DNA from: Albugo candida | Taxonomy: Eukaryota | DNA length: 64,000 nucleotides | Assembly: GCA_040437565.1 (NCBI GenBank) | Contig: JBDOQK010000037.1 | Coordinates: forward strand, 124,001 to 188,000 | Reading direction: 5' to 3' | Shown: positions 1 to 12,104 of the stretch, one piece after another | Layout: each line of letters opens with the position of its first letter | How positions within the stretch are numbered: position 1 is the first letter of the stretch | Made by a program: the position numbers and the translations under genes | The notes under the pieces: model-generated | The model's database searches: none | What the model was told of the DNA's origin: nothing | What the model saw: the letters and a program-made list of their open reading frames with translations, nothing else

Positions 1-10
1 GGGTTGTTAG

Positions 11-266
11 GTTTGTGGACTCGGCGACGTATCTCAAATTTTTTGCGATGGCGGTGGCATTGTTGAATTCGTCACGGCTAGTAGGATCCGCGGCGTACTT
101 GGTATACAAGTATACAGGGGGGTATCGAGCAATGTTTATCCGCAAGGAGCGAGGAAATAATGCGACGTTGAGTGGAGAAGGGATGCGTGGTTTGTATGAA
201 GAAGAGATCAACTACACAGTTATGGAACCGGATTTGCAGTCGTCCATAGAGTCGTTTAAGCCGTAA
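11..266 (+). CDS. Probable last exon of a membrane protein entering from the left edge
   Basis: AG acceptor at 9-10, open frame to TAA at 264-266, hydrophobic segment YLKFFAMAVALL..LVGSAAYLVY; family not recognised. Confidence 0.45.
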
Positions 267-883
267 ATTGATAGATTAGTAAACGTTGCAATTGTAGGAT
301 CGTACGTGCGATAGTTTACGTCACTCTAACCGTTCGATAGCGTTGTTATGGTTAATATTTAGAACGTCGGTTGTGTTGTTTGGTAGACTGAAAGGAATTG
401 AATACTGACTCTGTGGTTAGGTGCTGCAGACCCCTATCTCAAGGTACAATGTAATTACACAAATAATGGTAATAGACCCTCGATATAGTCATTTCGAACA
501 GATGAGCATTTTGTATTCAGTGCATAGCTTATACCAAGAAAAGGTATCTGTACTCTACGTAGGACCTCATTGTCGCATCGCACCCTCGACACGATAAAAC
601 ACAAGACGACGACGATACAAAGTATTCAGTTCAAACAGGGGATCGCGATTAGGTCATGCATCACACTCTCTCCTCCCTCGCTCCGAATCTCCCGATAACA
701 ATCAAAGAATGTTTCTACTTTTGACCATTGGACTATTCGATAAAGGATTGTGTCTTTGTCAGGTAAATTTACTCTTCCTAAGATTTCTATCCATTTTCTT
801 TGACGACGCGTGTCCTAACTCTTCTTATTCACATATGTTGCAGCTCTTCGACCTTTTTACCATTGTTCATTTCTACATCCGAA

Positions 884-3058
884 ATGATATCGGTATCACA
901 TACCGTTTACAATCTTTTCGATACAAAAAGCTATACAGAGAAATTGCGACATGGAACTTGCCATCAAAACGAAAATGAAATGAGTGGTGCAACCAAATGC
1001 GATGTTCATCCGTCTGAGACCTTGGTTTCTAAGGACACGCAAACGCTTACCAATGAGATGTTTTCTCTGAAAACAAGACGAACAGTGTCACTACGACGTG
1101 TAAACTGTCGATGGCTGTACAACCAAGTTCAAGCTTCTCGCGGAATCATTCTCATCGACACACGGTCACATTCAAAGTACCTGCAGAATTCAATTCCATC
1201 CGCTCTGTCGCTTCCACCAATGCCGCAATGCTCCTCGTTTGAAGAGATGCTTTCTCACATGACTCCAGAGACCAAAGAATCACTCTCACGAAAGAGACGC
1301 CATCTACGCGATGTCGTCTTATTTGGAAACGTCGCGCGAAGGTCGCTCGTATCCTCCGGTGATGTCACCGTATTAGCGTCTGAGGCTGCTATGGACACAA
1401 CGTACGACCAAATTAGTGAAGACCAAACTCTCGAAGATGAATGGAATCTTCGGCTAGCACAGGCACTCGTGGCTGACGGTCTGGCTACAAGTGTGAAGAT
1501 TTTGATAGATGGCTTTCAGACGTTTCATTATCGATACCCGTTTTGCACATGTTCATTCGAAACGAACTTAACGAATCGACCAGCGCGAACAGGTAGCGGA
1601 ACACATTGTGTAAATTACCCGAATGAAGTACTGGAAGGGTTTTTATTTCTTGGTAATATGTGGCATGCCCAATCAGAAGACGTGATTCGTAACCTTGGCA
1701 TCACACACGTTGTAAACGCGAGTCTAGATATTGAGAATGTATTCGAGCACGAAAACGTGTCGTATCATTCTGTCAAAGTTAAAGATCGACCAGAATCCGA
1801 TATCAGTCAGTTCTTTGACTCCACTTTTGCGTTTATCGAAGAAGCCAAACGCACCAGCCACGGACGCGTTTTGGTTCATTGCACGCAAGGAATTTCACGC
1901 TCGGCAACTCTGATCATTATGTATTTGATGAGAGCGCATCATTGGTCACTGGTTACCGCGGCAAACTTTGCAATAGCCAGTCGGGGTGTCGTCTATCCCA
2001 ATGATGGGTTTCTTCGTGCGTTGATGCAAGAAGAATTTAGATTATACAATGGAAACAGTATCACTGAAGAAGAATTAGACGTGTTGGTGCAAAATCAATT
2101 ACCCGATCGCCCGCTACCATTAGAAGTTATAGAACGACGGGTTTCAGATAAGTGTTCGTTCTGCTTCAAAATCTTTACGTTATTAGAGTGGAGACACCAA
2201 TGCAGTTTCTGCAAGAAAGATATATGCAGCAAATGCTCCAGTCTTCGGATTGCAAACCAACCGTTAGAAAAGAACGCTATGGTTGGAGAAGACGCACGAC
2301 GATCACGACGAGTATGCGATAATTGTGTGAGTCGACTTGAACGCATACAGTTGCCGAGACCGAGAAAAGGATTGCATGTTCGGTATGGACGCTGCAAACG
2401 TTTGCATGTCAGTGGATTGTCGGCATTTGCCCATCCCGTCCAACTATTTTATTTCGAGGGGACCGAGTCACATGTTTTGATGGAAATTTTGAAAAAGCGA
2501 TTCCGGATCAAAGGCAATGAGATAATAGAAATAGAGAATAAGGAAGGACATCCAATCACACATCTGAGTGAGCTCCCGGACGACGCATCGATTTTTATCT
2601 CGAAAGGCACGACCGGTACAATTCATGACAATTTATCGCCGCAACTGGACAAACCGTCAGTCGCCGCTAAATTCGCAGAGACCCAGTCGTATAGTGAGCA
2701 AGATGGGTCAAGTATACAAATCATACAACAAAAATCGGAAGAATGCACAACCTTGATTGATTCAGAATCAAAATCTTCATTCGATAAGCCGATCTCTGCA
2801 GATTATGTGGCACAAAAATTCACAGAGCTTTGGAAATTGTCATTTCCAAACGTAAACATCATCTCGCAAGAGCAAGTAGCTAGTATGTGTAATAGCATTA
2901 TGGTGGCGGATCTCATGCTCGCGATGAGTAGCCTTTCGTGTGGGACGATCACGCAGGAAGGGTTTTTACAGCGATTGGCCAAACTAGGGTACTCTCAAGA
3001 GGAAAAGGACGTGGTCATACCCGTCTTACAGCAAGCTTGCGGTCGCACCATTCTTTAG
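884..3058 (+). CDS. MAP kinase phosphatase-like dual-specificity phosphatase (rhodanese + DSP + degenerate FYVE)
   Basis: Rhodanese-like IILIDTR..ILIDGF; DSP signature VHCTQGISRSAT and VVYPNDGF; Cys-rich CSFC..WRHQCSFCKKDICSKCS..RVCDNC; intronless; ATG at 884 or 980. Confidence 0.9.
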   Translation: MISVSHTVYNLFDTKSYTEKLRHGTCHQNENEMSGATKCDVHPSETLVSKDTQTLTNEMFSLKTRRTVSLRRVNCRWLYNQVQASRGIILIDTRSHSKYLQNSIPSALSLPPMPQCSSFEEMLSHMTPETKESLSRKRRHLRDVVLFGNVARRSLVSSGDVTVLASEAAMDTTYDQISEDQTLEDEWNLRLAQALVADGLATSVKILIDGFQTFHYRYPFCTCSFETNLTNRPARTGSGTHCVNYPNEVLEGFLFLGNMWHAQSEDVIRNLGITHVVNASLDIENVFEHENVSYHSVKVKDRPESDISQFFDSTFAFIEEAKRTSHGRVLVHCTQGISRSATLIIMYLMRAHHWSLVTAANFAIASRGVVYPNDGFLRALMQEEFRLYNGNSITEEELDVLVQNQLPDRPLPLEVIERRVSDKCSFCFKIFTLLEWRHQCSFCKKDICSKCSSLRIANQPLEKNAMVGEDARRSRRVCDNCVSRLERIQLPRPRKGLHVRYGRCKRLHVSGLSAFAHPVQLFYFEGTESHVLMEILKKRFRIKGNEIIEIENKEGHPITHLSELPDDASIFISKGTTGTIHDNLSPQLDKPSVAAKFAETQSYSEQDGSSIQIIQQKSEECTTLIDSESKSSFDKPISADYVAQKFTELWKLSFPNVNIISQEQVASMCNSIMVADLMLAMSSLSCGTITQEGFLQRLAKLGYSQEEKDVVIPVLQQACGRTIL

Positions 3059-3143
3059 CAACATCATTTCCAGAGAGCTTTACTACGTGCTAAATCATAT
3101 ACTTTGCGGTGTGGACGAGTCACGCATCAGCAGTATACAATTA

Positions 3144-3977
3144 TCAGACGCATATATATTGAACGATATTCAACGATTGCTTCAAAAGAACGCATCGCAG
3201 CATATAGTGGACGTCTAAGGGACAAGTTTTCGGATGTATACGGGCCTTCTGGTATATTATACCATGCTGTATACTATGCCGCTCGTAAGCAGAAAAAATA
3301 TATCTGATATTCGACAAGCCGCTAAACCTGCTGTAACGGTTATTTTTGAGCCCGCGACTGATGCTGCTCAACACTCTTGCGTCGTTTCTAATTGTCGGTG
3401 CGCTTTGGGGATGCACTAATCCTTTCATGAAAAAAGGTTTGCATAGCAAACACATGCTGGGTTATGATGCACTTTAAACCGTAGGATTTGTATCATGTAG
3501 GCTCAGCATCAAATGTATACATGAGAAAAGATAATTCAATACCTGAATGGTTGCGTTTCATCGTCGCGTTTGCGACAAACTGGAAGGTTAGAAACTCTAA
3601 AACAGTTACAATCCGAATTAACACGTCTCAGTTCACCGTGCCGTTTCTAATCAACCAAAGCGGATCAATTGTGTATGTTTACCTGCTCGGATCTACCGGT
3701 ACAATATCACCACCGGAAATAATATTATCGACCTTGCTAACGCAGTTGTTAGAGCTATCCACTGCGGTCCCGATATGCAATTCACTCAGCTTTGTTTTCA
3801 CGGCCGTTACCGCCAGCTCACTCGGAGAAAGATCCAAAAAGCCAGTCTGTAAGTACACTTAGAAACCTTATGGACCGATTTATAGATATTCCTTTAGGTA
3901 CGTACGCAGGGATGCTTTTTGTTTGCGTTGGAGTACTTATTTGCTATAATAGTAAATAATACATTTAACATGAGCAT
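3144..3977 (-). CDS. Candidate 4-exon hypothetical protein (about 200 aa)
   Basis: Exons 3977-3906, 3846-3683, 3596-3543 and 3456-3144 joined by three GT-AG introns (59, 86, 86 nt) in consistent phase with no stops; no recognised homology. Confidence 0.4.
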
Positions 3978-4009
3978 TCGTGGCATAATTTGCTAGAATT
4001 GATATTTTC

Positions 4010-5813
4010 ATGCAACCACGTTCGGCTGGCTGCAAAAAATTGATCGCAAATTACTCATTTCTCTTACGCACTAGAGCTTCGTTGCTTTCGACTATGAGCG
4101 CGCCAATCACAACGAATCAGAGCCCACTCGTTACCGAAAACGCTGAGAAAATACAAGAGGGAAGAGCGGTGATCATCTCTCCTGAGCACAATAAAGTATT
4201 TTACAACAAGGTCCAGGTTCTAAACCGAGATTTATCGATTTCTATTATTTCTGACTTTGCACGAGAACGCGCTCGAGAAAAAATATTACTGGATCGAAAG
4301 AAAAAGCAAGAAGATAGCGTCCAAATCGATTTGCATGTTGACACATCAGAGATTGACGAATACTTGAATGCGACTGCGGACCATTCAGGCTTGAAAATAC
4401 TGGAAGCTTTAGCAGCGTCAGGACTTCGTTCCATACGCTATTTCCAGCAAATTCCGGGTGTTCGATCCATCCTCGTGAATGATTTGGATTCTGCTGCAGT
4501 CGAATCGATCAAACGGAATATCGAATTTAACAATGTACCTAGTGACCGAGTTGTTGCAAGTCAAGCGGATGCTTCAGACGTTTTGTATTCACATCGAAAA
4601 GAGAGCGACCAATTCGATGTTATTGACTTAGACCCTTATGGATCAGCTGCAATGCTATTGGATGGAGCAGTACAGGTTGGGCATATCCTTTGATAAGATG
4701 TACCACTTCAATCAATTTAATATCTCTTCGATTCCACTCGTAGGCGATCAGTAATGGCGGTTTACTTTGTGTAACTTGCACGGATATGCCGGTTTTGTCT
4801 GGGAAGAATCCTGAAACCTGTTTCTCACGGTACAGCTCAATCCCTGGAAAAGCACACTATGTTCATGAGAACGCCATTCGAATAGGTACGGGTGCTTAAA
4901 AGCTCAACGTGAATCCTAGATTATCTAAACGATTTCCGTAGTGCTACAAGCAATCGAACGATGCGCAATCAAATACCAGCGGCACATTGTGCCGGTCACA
5001 TCATGTAGTATCGATTTTTATGTCCGAGTGTTTGTGCGAGTTTTCAAATCGCCATTTCAAGTGAAGAAGAGCGTAACCAAGCTTTCCCACGTATTCCAGT
5101 GTGTTGGATGTGAGACATTCCATCTACAGCCAGTGGGCGTTGCAACGGGTAACACATTTCATGCGGCGAGAGGACCGGTCTTTGGGACCGAGTGTGGACA
5201 ATGCGGAAGCAAGTTTCGAGTAACCGGACCCATTTGGTCTGACCCTCTGCACGACCGAGATGCTATTGCACGCATACGAGACCAAGTGGCGGATAGTGTG
5301 GGAGCGTACCCGACCAAGGATCGATTGTTTGGACTTCTGACAACGATTTCTGAGGAAGTCATGGAAGCACCGTTACATTACACTATTTCAGGTCTAGCTA
5401 GGACCTTGCATTGTACGAATCCGCGTCTTGATCAATTTCAATTTGCAATACGGTCTCAAGGGTATCTGGTTTCCCAGTTTCATAAGGCTCCCGACGCTAT
5501 TAAGACTACCGCTCCTCCTCAGACGATATGGGATATCATGCGATGCTGGGTCATGAAGCACCCCATCAACAAGAAATGGGAGAATCAAGACACTCCGGGA
5601 AATCGGATTCTTGCCAAAAAATCAAATTTGGAATTTGATTTTAACACGAGGCGTCCAAGCAAATTGCAGAAAGAAAAGGTGATGCGCTTTCCAAAAAATC
5701 CGCAACCTTATTGGGGCCCTAAAGCAAGAGCAAAAGGCAATCGAACGAAAGCGCCAGATTTCGAGTTGGAGTCGATGCAAGAGCAGAAAAAACATAAAGT
5801 AGAACTACCCTAG
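4010..5813 (+). CDS. TRM1: tRNA (guanine26-N2)-dimethyltransferase
   Basis: VFYNKVQVLNRDLS, LEALAASGLRSIRY, FDVIDLDPYGS, GGLLCVTCTD, SIDFYVRVFV, WGPKARA; introns 4676-4743 and 4886-4941; ATG at 4010 or 4094. Confidence 0.95.
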
Positions 5814-5873
5814 TATTTGGTAACCTCTAGTACATGATATTCCAACATCACTTATAAGAACAAACTTAATTTG

Positions 5874-6587
5874 ATGGTCCTGCGGATGCAGTGCGGTTGG
5901 AGTCAAAGGTTGCTGCTTGTTGATATTCGGCGATCCTTACAAAGCAATGCCATTCACTTTGCAAAAATGGGTCCATGCATGGGAGGAAATCGTGCTATGC
6001 CGCGTATGTGTCTACAAAGTACTAGTACGCACCATGGAAAACATCAGTGCAATTACTTTATGCGCTCTTCAGTGAAGATGCGCACGATTTCATCTGAAAA
6101 ACCCGCTGTAACAAAAGAATCCATCAAAGCTCAGTCGCAAACGCACTTAAATCGATTCAAAGATTTGTGGCGAAAGTACGGTCTTGTAGCCATTGGAACG
6201 TATTTTACCATGTACGGAATTGTATTGGGATCTATTTATATATCGATAGAGAACGGCTTCATCAGCAAAAACCGAAACACACGACTAAACAAGGACACAA
6301 CGACCAATTTTGATGTTGTGTCAACCACAAACAAGTAAGGAGAATCATTTGCATTGTCACACTCGATCATTCTTGATATAAATGTTGGTAGAATGATTGC
6401 ACTCGCGGAAGACTATGGACTCGCAAAGTATTTGGATGTGGAACGAGTCAACAGCAAGACAGGCTCGTTCGTGATTGCTTGGGTTGCTACAAAATTTACA
6501 GAGCCTATTCGATTAGCAATAACACTAGCTATTACTCCACGCATTGCCCGATTTCTTGGTCGTGCGCCAAAAAAAATCGTCAAATGA
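5874..6587 (+). CDS. FAM210/DUF1279-family mitochondrial membrane protein
   Basis: FKDLWRKYGLVAIGTY and AWVATKFTEPIRLAITLAITPRIAR; basic presequence-like N-terminus; intron 6335-6391. Confidence 0.8.
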
Positions 6588-6634
6588 AAAGTCTGTATAT
6601 CATCAGATGTAGTCACTAAACACAATTTTGCGCT

Positions 6635-7649
6635 ATGAAGCACTTGCGATTTTGTATATTTTTTGGCTTAGGCCTTAAGTACGCTTTTATGGATTCTAAT
6701 TGTAGTGAGGCGATCCAAACTGCCAGTCAAATTCCGCAGGGAGGAATTTGTTTACTAGTAATTGACCAACAAGTAGACTTTCATCCAGGAGGATCTCTCG
6801 CAATTCAACATGCAGTTGATGACGCAGAAAGAACTGCAGCATTTATAAACTCGAATCAGCAGCTAATCAGCCAGATCATACTAACTATGGATTCGCATCA
6901 GCAATATCACATTGCACACGGCGTATTCTGGAAAAACAGCAGGAATGAATGTCCAGAGCCTTTTACTCGAATCACAGAGGCAGATATCCAAAATGATGTC
7001 TGGGTCCCGCGGCAAATTGAATTGCGAGATTATACGTTGTACTACACGCGTACTCTAGAAACACGTGGGAAATTTGTACTATGTATATGGCCAGAACATT
7101 GCATCATTGGTACACCTGGTCACAATATCGTGTCAGTTATACACAAAGCAGCATTGAATTGGTCGAAAAGTAGCTTGCGACCGATAGAGTACGTGATGAA
7201 AGGCATGAACTCATTCACTGAACACTACTCGGCTCTACGTTCCGAAGTGGAGATCCCATTCGACGCATCAACCAGGTACAATTCACGGAATTTTGAGCCA
7301 ATATCAGCTTCCTGCATGTAGATTAAACGAAAAGCTGGTGATAAATTTGAAGCGCGCAGACAGAATTGTGATATGCGGTGAAGCCTCGTCTCATTGTGTA
7401 GCGCATACTGTTCGAGATTTGCTCGATTGCTGGCCCTGCGACCGCGTAAAGGATTTATATCTCTTCTCTGACTGCGTTTCTCCTGTTTGTGGATATGAGG
7501 CAATAGCAGAGGTACATCAAGACCTTTTAGTCGATACTATCGCTTAAATAATTCCGTATCATTAGGAATTCCTCTCACAATTTCAAAAGGAAGGAGTCAA
7601 CGTCATCACATCCAAAAATTACAATCATCACAGCATTTCTTCATCATGA
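6635..7649 (+). CDS. Nicotinamidase/isochorismatase-family cysteine hydrolase
   Basis: LLVIDQQVDF, TMDSH, WPEHC, VMKG and CGEASSHCV give the D-K-C triad and metal ligands; introns 7276-7321 and 7512-7565; ATG at 6635 or 6689. Confidence 0.88.
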
Positions 7650-7983
7650 TTACTATGCGAGTAAATTTGATTAATAATACTGCAAATCTACTACTTCAAT
7701 TACAAAGTTAGCTTATGTACTATTCAAAAATCGTACACGTGTCCCAAAAAACCTTCCTTACCTTTTCCAAAAAAAAACCTCACATAATTATATTCAGCCA
7801 CTCACACGCGCCTTAGAAAAGATCGTTCCCGCACCGAACGATTGAGTTGAAGGGAAACTAACGACCCCCCGCCAAAACGACGCCTCTTATTGCGACTTCC
7901 GCAGAAAGATTTAGAGGCTCAGGCACAAACGTTCAAGTTATTTGCATAGTAAACTTCCCTCTGTGTACTCGTTTTATTCAAAC

Positions 7984-9755
7984 ATGGCGCAAGATCTCCC
8001 CATTACGTTTGGGGAAGTGTTGAACGTAAAGTGATTGTCATTTCTTCTTGAGCATCCCAAAACTGCCTGATTTTAATTCGCTATTTCTCTAGCTGGCTTC
8101 CCTAGGCGTAAATCCCGATTACATCAAATTCGGATCGACGACAATGGAATCTGATAAGTTTATTTGTGTGTGTGAGAAAGTCGACGGCCAAGCGAGTGTG
8201 GTGATTCTCGATATGGCTGCAGGAAACAGTGTTCAGCGTCGACCTATCAATGCGGAAGCAGCTATTATGAATCCTGTGAGTAAAGTGATTGCATTACGAT
8301 CGGAAAACCAACTGCAAATCTTCAATATGGAATTACGAGCAAAAATGAAATCGTTTTTGATGACAGAAGCTGTTGTGTTTTGGCGTTGGATTTCAGTGAA
8401 TAGTATTGCGCTGGTGACTGCGACCGCTGTATTTCACTGGAGTTTGGAAGGAGATTCTCCTCCAGTCAAGATCTTTGACCGGCACGCTAATCTTGGAGCA
8501 GGGACTCAAATTATCAGTTATGAAGCATCACAGGATAATCAGTGGATGTTGCTGGTTGGAATATCGCAAGGAGAAGGTGGTCGTATCGTCGGTAACATGC
8601 AGCTTTACTCGATGGAGAAGAAAGTGAGTCAAGTTTTGCAGGGGCATGCAGGATCATTTACGAAGATGAAGCCACCAGGAAGAGCAGAAGATGGTCATAT
8701 ATTGGTGTTTGCCGGAATCAAAGGAGATGGCCCTCAGCAATTATTTATCATGGAAGTTGGTCGGGATAAGGATGCTCCCGGAGGAGTTTTTCGTTTACCG
8801 CCACAAAATATTCCATTTGCTGCTGACGCACAGAACGACTTTCCTGTTTCTATTGTGGTTGCTATGGATGAGGATATCATTTATATGATCACAAAAATGG
8901 GGTACTTATTCTTGTTTGATGCACATACCGGTAAACCCGTCTATCGTGCTCGCGTCTCGCAAGATACTGTCTTCGTCACGACGTACGACACCAAAGGAAA
9001 AGGCATGCTTGGAATCACACGACGTGGACAGGTGCTGCAGTTCTCTATCAACAAAGCAAAACTGGTCCCATACATTGTCAGCACATTGCGGGATTCTCAA
9101 CTTGCAATCGCTTTAGCAACTCGCTTGGACCTACCCGGAGCAGAAGAGCTCTATTTTACGGAATTCAACCGATTTATGACTATGAACGATGTTCAAGGTG
9201 CAGCGCGTCTTGCTGCGGCATCTCCACAAGGAGCTCTCCGTACACCACAAACCATTCAACGCTTCCAACAAATGCCACCGCAACCGGGACAACCGCAACC
9301 AATTCTTCAATATTTTAGTGTGCTTTTAGAAAAAGGCACTCTCAACAAATTGGAATCGCTAGAGCTTGCTCGACCCGTTTTGATGCAAGGTCGTGGTCAG
9401 CNNNNNNNNNNNNNNNNNNNNNNNNNNNNNNNNNNNNNNNNNNNNNNNNNNNNNNNNNNNNNNNNNNNNNNNNNNNNNNNNNNNNNNNNNNNNNNNNNNN
9501 NCCAGCGTACAACAGGAACAGAGCGTGGATGTGAGTCCGGCTATGGACACTGCGTACGGATTGACAGGAGCGATGCCTCAGATGATGGCCATTGCAGCGA
9601 CTGCATATAATGATCCAAGCACTCCATACGGGGGATACGCCATGCAGCCGAATATGGCGATGGGAATGCAACCGGCAATGGGAATAAATATGGGAGCCTC
9701 TATGAGCAATGGAATGGGAAATAGCAATCCGTATGGCGCCAACTATCAGTACTAG
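7984..9755 (+). CDS. CHC1: Clathrin heavy chain (middle missing in assembly gap 9402-9501)
   Basis: Exon 1 7984-8025 (MAQDLPITFGEVLN), intron 8026-8092; TMESDKFICVCE, RRPINAEAAIMNP, LRTPQTIQRF, ESLELARPV; low-complexity M/G/Y C-terminal tail after the gap. Confidence 0.95.
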
Positions 9756-9890
9756 GCTGTCGTCTCCTCTATCAAGCTCAGACAGCTTGTAGACTGAGAA
9801 ATAGTTGCATTTTCGAGAATACATCATGGTCTTGCTCATTTCTGTAAATAGCTATTTCTTTTTTGTGATTGTTTTTCACGAATCAGTGAA

Positions 9891-10132
9891 ATGAACGGAT
9901 TTCTTGGTAAACGGATGCAAAAGCATTTGCCTCTTTTTGTATGTAGCGCATTGATTGCGGGGAGTTTGTATGCGGTATACTATGCGCATAATCAGCAGAT
10001 TGTCGATAAAAAGGTTGGTGATAGGGATTAAGTGGTGCGGTTTATAAGCGGTTGTGATAGAGAATGCGTCAAGGTGTTATTCGTGATATGGAAAGAGAGC
10101 GAATGCGAATAGACAGAAATGAGACTGACTAG
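9891..10132 (+). CDS. PET117: PET117-like cytochrome c oxidase assembly factor (64 aa, 2 exons)
   Basis: Exons 9891-10013 and 10061-10132, 47-nt GT-AG intron; one hydrophobic helix followed by YAHNQQIVDKKRMRQGVIRDMERE, matching the PET117 H-xx-Q..GVIRD-x-ER pattern. Confidence 0.85.
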
Positions 10133-10198
10133 TCACGTGTATCTGATTGTAATCAAATCGATTTTGGTCGGTCACAAATAACAAAAAACGTTTTTGAG

Positions 10199-11702
10199 AT
10201 GGTGCCGAATCGTGACGCACTTTGTGAGGACAATCAAGAGCGAGTTATCGTTAAGGTTTCTGATAACGCATTCGCATCGGATAATCGTACGCTTTGCGTT
10301 GGTCCTCAAAACTTTAAAAAGATTCTTTTTCTTGGAAAGGGATCTCATGGCCGCGTTTACTCTGTCAAAAGCGTTGTATGTCACTCGCAAGTGCTCTATT
10401 GCGTCTTAAAATTTGATGAAGGGCTTGGGAATCGAAAAATTGTATGCGATGAAAGTCGTTTGCAAAGATGAGGGTAAAGAGCGAGTGAGTATAATTATTT
10501 GATGGATAAAGTCGCTTAGAATTATATTATAGCTGAATCAAATTGCAATGGAACAATCTGTCCTTAATGAAGCAAAACATCCGTGTATCATGAGTTTAAA
10601 TTACGCTTTTCAGACAGACAAGTATCATTACCTCATCATGCCGGTATCATGACCTGTGCGATAGAAACCATTTCTTAGTACAATATCGCTAATGCGTAGT
10701 ACTGTGCTGGAGGCAGCTTTCTCCAACTACTTCGTCATCAAAGGAATCATCGTTTGGAGGAGAGTCAAGCTCGCTTTTATGCGGCTGAAGTCTTTGTCGC
10801 GTTGGAATATTTACATTTGCTGGGGATCTTAGTACGAGACCTCAAACCAGAGAATATTCTTCTGCATGAATCAGGACATTTGATGCTCTCTGATTTTGAT
10901 CTGGCGACTCGAATCCACGCCAATCCGAATGTGATACATAATCAGAAGGTACGATTGCTGTCTATAGACCATACAATCAATATCTCATGCAGTATGATTG
11001 AGTAGCGTCCTTCGTGGTTTGCTACCAGAAAAGGTATGTGATCAAAGTTGTTGCATCAGAATGTGATTCAATATGAGCGATGATGTAGACTACAGACGAG
11101 ATTCTATCAGTCCTGGAGCGAGTGCGGAAAGAAAAAAGAGGCGACCACTCCATCGAAGACGTATGAGCCAATGCGAGTATCCATTCTTAGACACTGAGAC
11201 ACATTTCGAGACGGCCAATTGGCAAGAATACTCGGTTGTTGGCACGCTTGATTATATCGCTCCAGAAGTTATATCGGATGAAACGTATACCAGCTCAATT
11301 GATTGGTGGGCTTTCGGTATACTTCTGTATGAGATGTTGTACAGCACGACACCGTTTAAAGGCTCTACCAAAGCTGAAACGATTGAAAACTTGCTGGATT
11401 TGAGTAAGGAACTTACGTTTCCCGAGGAGATTCCGGTGAGCGCAGAGGCCAAAGATTTACTCCAGCGCTTGTTGACCAAGAATTCGGATATACGACTAAA
11501 GAGCCCACAGCACATTCGTCAACATTCGTTTTTTTCAACTATTCAATGGCCACGTATGTCGAGTCTACATGATGATGATGATTTACTAAGAGTTTTATTT
11601 GCAGTCATACGTCATACAAAGCCACCCCTGAAGCCTATTTTTGAGCAAGCTGGCGATGCGAAACTGGATGAACTTACAAAATACGATCATGAGGTTTTGT
11701 GA
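10199..11702 (+). CDS. AGC-family Ser/Thr kinase, DFD type (AGCVIII/Fpk1-Kin82-like); multi-exon, 3' end uncertain
   Basis: LGKGSHGRVY, YAMKV (spliced), ARFYAAEV, RDLKPEN, LSDFDL, long activation-loop insert, VGTLDYIAPE, IDWWAFGI. Confidence 0.88.
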
Positions 11703-12104
11703 AGCTCATTATCGGTTTTCAGAACGAGAAAAGTCCTGCTCGCTCATGCGTTGCTGAGCGGTAAATACCGACTCAAGCTTGGTGAGATTGCCCAGTCGTT
11801 GGTTGGTTACTTCAACGTGAAGCTCTCATCTGATAATTGTACATCACCTTAAAACTGTATTACTTAACCACGAAAGACAATGTTACGTGCTTTCAAATAG
11901 CGCGCAATGAAGCTGCATGATTTAATTTATTAGACGTAGTCTCTTCTTTCCTTCATTTGTATCAAATCTTGTATTGGCGCTTGCCTTATCTGAGGATTTC
12001 GAGAGGGCTTTGCACGATGAGTGTGATTGATGCCTTTCACTAAAAGTACAAATTGCAACATAATTCTACGCCTGTTCAAATAACGGTCAACGGACACGAG
12101 CTTG

